Of a stretch of DNA of 64,000 nt, positions 11,314 to 19,418 are shown one piece after another. The position numbers and the translations under genes are program-made. The DNA lies in assembly GCA_963847185.1 (NCBI GenBank), contig CAWJYV010000008.1, positions 64,001 to 128,000 on the forward strand, written 5' to 3'. The notes beneath the pieces were generated by a model. It did no database searches and was not told the origin of the DNA. It worked only from the letters and a program-made list of their open reading frames with translations. The first letter of the stretch is position 1. Every line of letters starts with the position of its first letter. Source of the stretch: an uncultured Methanosarcinaceae archaeon (GTDB lineage Archaea > Halobacteriota > Methanosarcinia > Methanosarcinales > Methanosarcinaceae).

Positions 11314-11439
11314 CTCATTCGTCGGTCAACTTTGACGGTTGTCGGTCAGTATCAAGAAAAAACTTCTAATGCATTTTTTGATTTTGATAGGGCTTATTCT
11401 TACTGACGTTGCAATCCAGCTCAAGATTGGACGAATGAG
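11314..11439. other. Long imperfect hairpin downstream of secreted peptide A (candidate structured RNA)
   Basis: CTCATTCGTC (11314-23) pairs with GACGAATGAG (11430-39); GTCAGTA (11345-51) pairs with TACTGAC (11401-07); additional nested short stems. Confidence 0.55.
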
Positions 11440-11494
11440 ATGTTGTAGGTGTTTTAAATTTAGTCTAATTTATGTTCGACTTGTCAACGGTTTA

Positions 11495-11860
11495 TTAGAA
11501 TATATCGTCAAAACCGTCAAAAAAGCCAGCACCACCTATACCAAAAGGACTGTTATAGAGAGCTGCAATCAGAACGTCATTACAGCTTGGACCACAGCCG
11601 CAACCCCAGCCACAACCGTTACCCCAGCCGCCGATACCCAAGTCATCGCCGATACCCAAGTCATCGCCGATACCCAAGTCATCGCCGATACCCAAGTCAT
11701 CGCCGATACCCAAGTCGTCGTCTGCAACTTCTTCTGCAACTTCTTCTACCACTTCGGTTTTACATGCACTCGCTGACACAGCTGTCAATGAAATCACAAA
11801 AAAGATTGCCATCAAAATAGCCAGTGCTTTTCTTATTCTGTCAAATGTTTGTTTCCCCAT
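11495..11860 (-). CDS. Secreted Gly/Asp/Cys-rich repeat peptide A
   Basis: GGAGG RBS; signal peptide ending ASA; (DDLGIG)x5; tail SCNDVLIAALYNSPFGIGGAGFFDGFDDIF shared with paralog B. Confidence 0.8.
   Translation of the reverse strand: MGKQTFDRIRKALAILMAIFFVISLTAVSASACKTEVVEEVAEEVADDDLGIGDDLGIGDDLGIGDDLGIGDDLGIGGWGNGCGWGCGCGPSCNDVLIAALYNSPFGIGGAGFFDGFDDIF
11630..11719. repeat. 18-bp coding tandem repeat x5 (DDLGIG)
   Basis: GCCGATACCCAAGTCATC repeated five times, one mismatch in the last copy. Confidence 0.95.
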
Positions 11861-12660
11861 TTATCTATCCCTCCGACATTTTGCTCAATTTAATGCTGTT
11901 TAAGGTCGTTGGTACTTTTATCCGCTCTCCGTCGGCAGATTAATTCTTTTTACTAATGCTATTTTACTAATTAGTCATCCAGATCCATTTCTGGAAAAAT
12001 ATAACATTAGTAAATTCTCTCTGTTTATATGCTAAGAAAAATCTGCCAATGAAAAAGTTTCAAATTTTCCCATCAAATGATATTTATCCATAGAATATAA
12101 TGTATATAGAAATATAGATTAGTAATTCTTAATAAGTAAAAATTAATATTATTCTATAAAACGAATAATTATATGCCAAAAATTAATATTTGATTTTTAA
12201 TTGCCTCGTATATTCCTCAAACTACAACTAAAATCAGTAAAATTCCATAATTTAATATATTTAACGGAAATAATTCTCATTTTAATATGGTTATTCTAAT
12301 TATCTAAAAGCCAGACGAAAACCACAGGTATATTGAGTCATAAAATTATAGCATCAATTGTCATCAATTTCATTCAGGTTCTTCAGTTATTTCTTTTATA
12401 TTACTCATTAAATCAATAACCTCAATTAAGTAACAGCAGCCTGTACTTATATATTCCTTCAATAAAAAAGACAAGGGGCTGATGATAGGCATAAGCGCAT
12501 TTGGAATATTTGCAAGAAACTACAATTCTAAAAATTAAAACCGGATAATCTAATATCCGGTTTACTGGAGGGAAATTGTTTTCATCAGGATTCTATAAAT
12601 CATTGTCAATTCTCAATATGACAACGCCAGCTTTATTTCAGCTTCTGAATCAGTTCATTA

Positions 12661-12820
12661 AAAATGTAAAATAAGATTCATTCGCCTGTCCACATTGGTA
12701 GTTCCGGCAAGCACCAGAAAAACCTCTCAATACATTTTTGATTTGACAAGGTTAAGAAATTACTGTTTCTACAATCCAACTTGGGACTGGACGAATGAGG
12801 AATTCTCGATTGTACATTTT
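12661..12820. other. Homologous long hairpin downstream of secreted peptide B
   Basis: Nested stems AAAATGTA/TACATTTT, TCATTCG/CGAATGA, GTCC/GGAC, GTAG/CTAC and AACCT/AGGTT; aligns with 11300-11460. Confidence 0.5.
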
Positions 12821-12862
12821 AGAGTTAGTTTAGTATTAATGGTTCAACTTGTCAACGGTTTA

Positions 12863-13213
12863 TTAGAATATATCGTCAAAACCGTCAAAAAAGCCAGCAC
12901 CACCGATACCAAAAGGACTGTTTTGGAGAGCTGCAATCAGAACGTCATTACAGCTAGTTCCACAGCCGCCACAGCCGCCACAGCCGCCGAACCACCCATC
13001 ATTCCAGTCACAGCCACCGCAGCCGCCACAGCCGCCACCACAGCCGCCGAACCACCCATCATTCCAGTCACAGCCGCCACAGCCGCCACCGCAGCCGCCC
13101 CAACCTCTGTTCCAGCCACCTGCGCTTGCTGATGCAGCTGTCAATGACACTACAAAAAAGACTGCCATCAAAATAGCCAACGTCTTTTTTACTTTGTTAA
13201 ATTGTATTTTCAT
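12863..13213 (-). CDS. Secreted Gly/Cys/Trp-rich repeat peptide B
   Basis: GGAG RBS, ATG at 13213; signal peptide ending ASA; GGC repeats and DWNDGWF x2; tail SCNDVLIAALQNSPFGIGGAGFFDGFDDIF. Confidence 0.8.
   Translation of the reverse strand: MKIQFNKVKKTLAILMAVFFVVSLTAASASAGGWNRGWGGCGGGCGGCDWNDGWFGGCGGGCGGCGGCDWNDGWFGGCGGCGGCGTSCNDVLIAALQNSPFGIGGAGFFDGFDDIF
12961..13099. repeat. Coding repeats in peptide B (9-bp GGC units within a 60-bp duplication)
   Basis: CCACAGCCGCCGAACCACCCATCATTCCAGTCACAGCC occurs twice, 60 bp apart. Confidence 0.9.
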
Positions 13214-13748
13214 CTGTCCACACTCCAAAAATTTTATTAAAAAAGATACAATTTTAAGGCTTTTGATTTTTCAATTTACTCCCATCGTCAAATGCACTGT
13301 CTATATAGTATTTTACCAATTAATCATCCCAGTCTCTTTAGTAAGGTCATATTTCAATATTTATTTATCCCGGGGTTGATCATTGGTTAAATAACTCCTT
13401 TATTCAGTACAAATGGTATTGTGTCGATAGGCGTAATTTCAAATTGTATCATTGGAGTATTATTAATCAAAGAATATAATAGATAGCGAAATATAAATAA
13501 GGAATCCATATTAAATCAATCATTATGTTATTTAGACAAAAATAAATAAAATTAGTAAAATAATACCATTTATCAAAAATCTATCTCCTCAAAATATATA
13601 GTTATTATCTGGATATCGATGGTCTTATCTTTCTAATCAAAAGTAATAGTTATTTAGTCTAAAGTGAATACAATTATCTAAATATATTCTTTCAAACTAA
13701 AATTAGATAAAAAATCACATAGCCAGGTTATGTATTGATATTTTATAT

Positions 13749-14682
13749 ACTATGTTTAAGTAATAATACTGATCATATTTCTTATTAATTTCTAATTTTG
13801 GCGAGAAAAAGACTCAAGATAATTGCTCAAAAGTTAGAGGGAAACTACATTGATTATGGCTGAGATCCTGAAATCTCATCCTGTTAAGTTTTAGTAGATT
13901 TATGCTATTAATAATCTATGTAAAGAATATGTTAAACTCGTGGATTGATTTCAAACTACGGAAATAAGACTGAACTTTGAAATTGACATTGTTCAATATA
14001 GTTTTTAAGAAAAGAACTACAACAGACACGGATCAACACTAATCTATACAGTCTAGATCCATTTGTATTTTCTTTATTTTGTTTTATTGAGGATATGGAA
14101 TCATTCAATAGAAAAGAAAAGTAAAGGGCTGTAAACTGAATTACAAGCTTGCAGCCTTCAATTTAAGCCGAAATCAATAACTTACAATCGTTAAATGTCT
14201 TATCCATGCTTTACAACTATGTTTAAGTAATAATACTGATCATATTTCTTATTAATTTCTAATTTTGGCGAGAAAAAGACTCAAGATAATTGCTCAAAAG
14301 TTAGAGGGAAACTACATTGATTATGGCTGAGATCCTGAAATCTCATCCTGTTAAGTTTTAGTAGATTTATGCTATTAATAATCTATGTAAAGAATATGTT
14401 AAACTCGTGGATTGATTTCAAACTACGGAAATAAGACTGAACTTTGAAATTGACATTGTTCAATATAGTTTTTAAGAAAAGAACTACAACAGACACGGAT
14501 CAACACTAATCTATACAGTCTAGATCCATTTGTATTTTCTTTATTTTGTTTTATTGAGGATATGGAATCATTCAATAGAAAAGAAAAGTAAAGGGCTGTA
14601 AACTGAATTACAAGCTTGCAGCCTTCAATTTAAGCCGAAATCAATAACTTACAATCGTTAAATGTCTTATCCATGCTTTACA
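13749..14682. repeat. 467-bp direct tandem duplication (13749-14215 and 14216-14682), non-coding
   Basis: ACTATGTTTAAGTAATAATACTGATC...TATCCATGCTTTACA is repeated head-to-tail; no mismatch seen by eye. Confidence 0.95.
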
Positions 14683-14704
14683 TGAACACTTTTACGATCA
14701 GTTA

Positions 14705-15874
14705 TTACATATTTTCAGTCATGTTACTTATTTTCCCATTTATTCCGGCCATATTACCCATATTTTCAATTTGAATGGTTTTTTCAGTAATGTTACATGT
14801 GAAAGTTTTAGTCATAACTTGAGTTGTATCATCCATTTTTTGAATTATAAGTATCTTTTTGGTTATATTCTCCATTTCACTCATTTTTTCATCCATTTCA
14901 GCCGTATTATATATTTTTCCATCCATTCCAAACATATTCTCCATTTCTCCAGTCTCTTCACTCATTTTTCCGAGTACAGTCATGTCTTCACTTATTTTGA
15001 CCATTTCCATACTTTCGTCCATTCTGGTGCTGTCCATATCACGGAATATAAGCATAGTTCCAGTCATATCACATGTCATTGGACCAGTCATATTACTCAT
15101 GTTTCCGGCCGTTCCAGTCATATCACTCATATTTCCTGCCGTTTCAGTCATATTAGTCATGTTTCCGGCCATTCCGTGCATCTTACACATATTTCCGATC
15201 ATTTCGGTCATATTACCAATATTTTTGATTACAACCACTTTTCTAGTCATATCACCTGTTACGGTTGCAGTCATATTTCCAGTCATGAGCACACCCATAT
15301 TATCCATATTTTCGCTCATTCCGGTCATATTATTCATATTTCCAGTCATGTTTGCCATGTTTCCGGTCATATTATCCATGTTTCCGGTCATGTCAAGTGT
15401 CACGGTTGCAGTCATATTCCCAGCCATGATTATGGTCACATTGCCCATTTTTTCGGTTAGGTTACCTATATTTCCGTCAATTCCAGGCATTTTCATATGT
15501 TCATCCATTTCGGGCATATTATTCATTTTTCCGACCATAATCACTTTTCCGGGGATATTGTCCATTTTTCCGATAATAACCACTTTTCCGGGCATATTAT
15601 CTAAGCTTTTGATTATAGCTATCTTTCCGGTTACAGTCCCTGTTTTTGGCGTGTTACTCATATTTCCGGTCATATTTTCCATTTTTCCGGCAACGTTCAT
15701 ATTTCCGATTACAGCTGCGTTTCCAGTCATGTTGCATGTAATGGTTTTAGCTATATTTTCTGTCACTATTACATTCATGCTATCCATGTCAGCCGTGTTA
15801 GTCTGTGCTTGCACCGATACAACAGATAAGATCAGGCATATCGCTAACAGAGGAACTATTAGTTTCATTTTCAT
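14705..15874 (-). CDS. Secreted methionine-rich low-complexity protein
   Basis: G-rich RBS; signal peptide MKMKLIVPLLAICLILSVVSVQA; about 65 Met in 389 aa (hand count); (G/D/N)NMTG repeats. Confidence 0.8.
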   Translation of the reverse strand: MKMKLIVPLLAICLILSVVSVQAQTNTADMDSMNVIVTENIAKTITCNMTGNAAVIGNMNVAGKMENMTGNMSNTPKTGTVTGKIAIIKSLDNMPGKVVIIGKMDNIPGKVIMVGKMNNMPEMDEHMKMPGIDGNIGNLTEKMGNVTIIMAGNMTATVTLDMTGNMDNMTGNMANMTGNMNNMTGMSENMDNMGVLMTGNMTATVTGDMTRKVVVIKNIGNMTEMIGNMCKMHGMAGNMTNMTETAGNMSDMTGTAGNMSNMTGPMTCDMTGTMLIFRDMDSTRMDESMEMVKISEDMTVLGKMSEETGEMENMFGMDGKIYNTAEMDEKMSEMENITKKILIIQKMDDTTQVMTKTFTCNITEKTIQIENMGNMAGINGKISNMTENM

Positions 15875-16143
15875 TCTTTACCCCCCGTATTTGAGTTCGA
15901 CTATCGAGTCGATTATATATTAATTAAATAAAAAAATAATTTAATATAAAACAATAATAATAAATAGCTGTCTTATAAATAATTAATCTTTGTTAACTAT
16001 GAAGACTAGTCCAGATTTAAAGAGCATGAAGCGTTTTAAAAGTAACTATCAGTTATAGATTTATTCTATTTGATAACAGATGTTGAGTAATATAATCTAA
16101 AAATCGCAGTAATTATTTTATTTGAAAAGTTCTATTTTAATGC

Positions 16144-16475
16144 TTACCTTGAAACATCTGTAATCCATCTCTCTGCTTCTACATAAACATCGTCTGAAAC
16201 TTCTTTCAAGCTATGACAGTGTTTTGCGTATTTTGATCCTTTTAGGTTCGTTTGCAAGATTATGCATATCCTAAGTTGCTTGGAGGTAAGGTTTCGTCTG
16301 CCCTGCAATGGATTGAAATTACTGATATACTTCCAGGAAGGAAAGAGACCGGACTCTATTCCATAGTTTTGAGTGGAGAGTGTAACTGCGGTCTTTAAAC
16401 TTTCTTCATTGAACACCGTCTGAACAACAAATGTACCTCCAAAAGAGTGCCCTATAGACCAAATTTCTTTTTATA
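16144..16475 (-). pseudogene. Alpha/beta-hydrolase remnant
   Basis: In frame upstream of the tracked ORF: KEIWSIGHSFGGTFVVQTVFNEESLKTAVTLSTQ (GxSxG nucleophile elbow); no N-terminus or start; decays downstream. Confidence 0.65.
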
Positions 16476-16755
16476 TTGGGAATATTAGTTTCAGTTTTTC
16501 TACCCCGTTTAGTTTCCTTTATGTCCTGCATAATTTAATCTAAAACTTCTGCATATAGCAGGAGAAATACAATTTATTTATGTCCAAAACCAGATATTAA
16601 GGCTGTATTACCCAGTTACCGTTGGGATATGCCTAGGACAATAATTGAATTAATAAAATTAGAAAATGAGTCAATAAATACAGTTAGAAAGCATAACTTT
16701 AATTAAAAATATGGAGAATAACCCCGACTTTAGTGACAATAATTGGAGTTAGTAT

Positions 16756-17163
16756 ATGGAAGATATTATACAGTTTTTTAAGAAAGATCACTTTGCTACG
16801 AGCTCAGGAATAGAACTGCTAAATGTATCTCCTGGATATGCAAAAACCAGGATGAAAATTGAAGAAAGACACCTTAACGCTTTAAACGCAGTGCAGGGAG
16901 GTGCAATTTTCACCCTTGCAGACTTCGCTTTTGCCGCAGCTTCAAATGCACATGGAAATGCTGCAGTTGGCATCAATGCAAGCATTTCGTTTGTAAAGGC
17001 TGCAATAAAAGGTACTCTCATAGCCGAAGCAAACGAGACATCAATAAATCCTAAAATTGCCACCTATACCGTAAATATCACTGATGACGAAGGAGATCTT
17101 GTGGCAATATTTCAGGGGATGGTCTACAGGAAAAAATTTACAATTGATTTTTCTGATGTTTAA
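16756..17163 (+). CDS. PaaI-family hotdog-fold thioesterase
   Basis: HLNALNAVQGGAIFTLADFAFAAASN motif; GGAG RBS. Confidence 0.9.
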   Translation: MEDIIQFFKKDHFATSSGIELLNVSPGYAKTRMKIEERHLNALNAVQGGAIFTLADFAFAAASNAHGNAAVGINASISFVKAAIKGTLIAEANETSINPKIATYTVNITDDEGDLVAIFQGMVYRKKFTIDFSDV

Positions 17164-17246
17164 TTCAAAAAATGGGAATTTTGCTGAAAATAGTATTAAA
17201 ATAAATACGTTATCTTTTTTTAAATTGAGATTAAAAAAGCTTAGAG

Positions 17247-17318
17247 TGCGACTGCCGGGATTCGAACCCGGGTTCTAAGCTTGGGAAGCTCAGGTCATAG
17301 CCACTAAACCACAGTCGC
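17247..17318 (-). tRNA. tRNA-Gly (CCC)
   Basis: GCGACTG acceptor pairs with CAGTCGC-A; anticodon arm TGAGC-TTCCCAA-GCTTA; GGTTCGAATCCC T-arm. Confidence 0.95.
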
Positions 17319-17531
17319 ATATTGTTATAAAAAGTGCTATGTATTCTTCTCATGCATCTTTTAGATATTAAAGGTTTCGGTAATGAGAAGAGAATGGCTA
17401 TGATAGCTGTTTTAGTTGGAAAAAGAGGAAAGATTCTATCCTTAAAATTTGAGAGTGCAAAGCGATAAAGACCGGATGGGAAAATAATATTGTAAAGGAA
17501 AGTTTTAAAGAGCTTTTCGGGGAGGGGTAAA

Positions 17532-19268
17532 ATGGTTCTATTTATGGAGCTTGCAGAACACTTTCAGGAGCTTGAGAAGATAAGTTCCCACAAGAAAATC
17601 GTCCAAAATATTGCTAGTTTTTTTTAGAAACTTAAAGGAGAGGAAGTAAAGGATAGTGCGTATCTATTTCTAGGAAGCATAGGCCCTGCCTTTGAGAATA
17701 TAACACTTGGAATTGGAGAAAAGCTCGCTTTAAGAGCTATTGCAGATGCATATGGAGTTTCCGAAGAGGAAGTAGAAGAGAAATATGCAATTACAGGAGA
17801 CCTTGGAGACGTTGCATTTGAATTGAATAAGACCCAGGAAAGTTTCCTGACTATTGAAGAGGTTTTCACAAGGCTCAGAGAAATAAAAAAAGTCTCAGGG
17901 AAAGGAAGTCATGAGGAAAAGAACAGACTCCTCTCTGAAATTCTGCAAAAGTCCAGACCTGAAGAAGGGAAATATATAGTTAGGCTTGTTCTCGGGAATC
18001 TTAGACTGGGTTTTGGAGACCAGTTTTTGCTTGAAGCATTTTCTATCGCTTTTACGGGAGATAGAAAACATATTGGAAAAATCAAAGAAAGCTACAGTGT
18101 TTGTACTGACATAGGTGAACTTGCGGAATCTCTTGCCAAATATGGGCCCAGAGCTCTGGGGGATTTTTCTATTAAATTAGGTAGACCTGTCAGGTCAATG
18201 CTTGCCCAGCGCATGGAGCTTTTTGAAGAAGTAGGGAAAAGAATGTCTGGGAAGATAGCAGCCGAAGAAAAGTACGATGGAGAGAGAGTGCAGATCCATA
18301 AAAACGGTAACGAGATTAAAGCCTTCTCTAGAAGACTTGAAGATATAACTGCTCAATATCCTGATATTGTTAAGGCTGTGAGGGAAAATGTCCTTGCAGA
18401 TAAGATTGTCCTTGATGGAGAAATAATTGCTTATATTGAGGACGGAACCAGGGGGACAGAAGAATTTCACTCGTTTCAAAAGCTTATGCAAAGGCGCAGA
18501 AAGTATGAAGTTAAAAAATATATTGAAATGTTTCCTGTAGCTGTATTCTTTTTTGACATTCTCTACCTTGAAGGAAGCCCTCTTCTGAAAGAACCCTATC
18601 AAAAAAGAAGAATGTTTCTTGAAGAGCATATAAAGGAAGCAGGAATAATTCGTCTGGCCAGAAGAATTGTGACCGAAAATCTCGAAGAGATTGAAGACTT
18701 TTTCAATGAAACCCTTGAAAAGGGGCTTGAAGGAATCGTTATTAAATCCACGAGTGATCTTTCTATTTACGAAGCTGGAAAAAGGAGCTGGTTCTGGCTT
18801 AAATGGAAAGAAGAGTACGCAGAGGGAATGAGGGAGACTTTTGACCTTGCCATAGTCGGGAGATATTACGGGCGAGGAAGAAGGAAAGGCTCATTCGGAG
18901 CTCTCCTCTGTGCAGCCCTTAATGAAGACGAACAGCGTTTTGAGACTTTTACAAAAGTAGGGACTGGTTTCACCGATGCGGATGCAAGAGAAATCGATAA
19001 CCTGCTTTCAGGGCATATTATAACTGAAAGCCCGAAAAATGTCCTTATAAAAGGGAAAATGCTTCCTGATACTTTCATAGAGCCAGCTGTGGTTATTGAA
19101 GTTTTTGGTATGGAAATTACAGAAAGTCCAGGGCATACGGCTGGAGAAAGGGAAGGTAAAAAAGGATTAGCCCTCCGTTTTCCCCGTTTTTTACGTATCA
19201 GATATGATAAAGGACCCTATGATGTCACAACGATTAAAGAAATAGAGAATTTGAAAGAAAGATTGTGA
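17532..19268 (+). CDS. lig: ATP-dependent DNA ligase with in-frame TAG at codon 32 (17625-17627)
   Basis: GGAGGGGT RBS, ATG at 17532; MVLFMELAEHFQELEKISSHKKIVQNIASFF-TAG-KLKGEEVKDSAYLFLG...GDLGDVA is in the same frame as the tracked ORF; motifs EEKYDGER, LDGE, EGIVIK, WLKWK and RFPRF. Confidence 0.9.
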
Positions 19269-19418
19269 GAATATATTTGAAAACGAGAAGAAAGATGATA
19301 AATAGTTCTGAAAAGTCAAGAAAATAGAAATGGGAATGAAAGGGGATTAAAAGAAGTAAGAGAAAATTAAAAGAGGAATAAAAGGGGAGAAATCAACTAA
19401 AGTGGGAAGGGGAAGGCT

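Noticed and set aside
11339-13132. Two 145-aa + strand ORFs (11339-11776 and 12695-13132)
   Set aside because: Antisense to the peptide genes; their similarity comes from the shared reverse-complement; no RBS or signal
12863-13213. Labelling peptide B as heterocycloanthracin/TOMM
   Set aside because: It has a Sec-type signal rather than that family's leader, and no YcaO or dehydrogenase is present in the window; kept only as an analogy
14771-15923. Long + strand ORFs (229 aa His-rich and 354 aa Ile/Phe/Pro-rich)
   Set aside because: Antisense shadows of the repetitive Met-rich gene, which has the RBS and signal peptide
9700-17318. Integrated element at tRNA-Gly
   Set aside because: No integrase or transposase, and no duplicated tRNA 3' end (att site) found by eye
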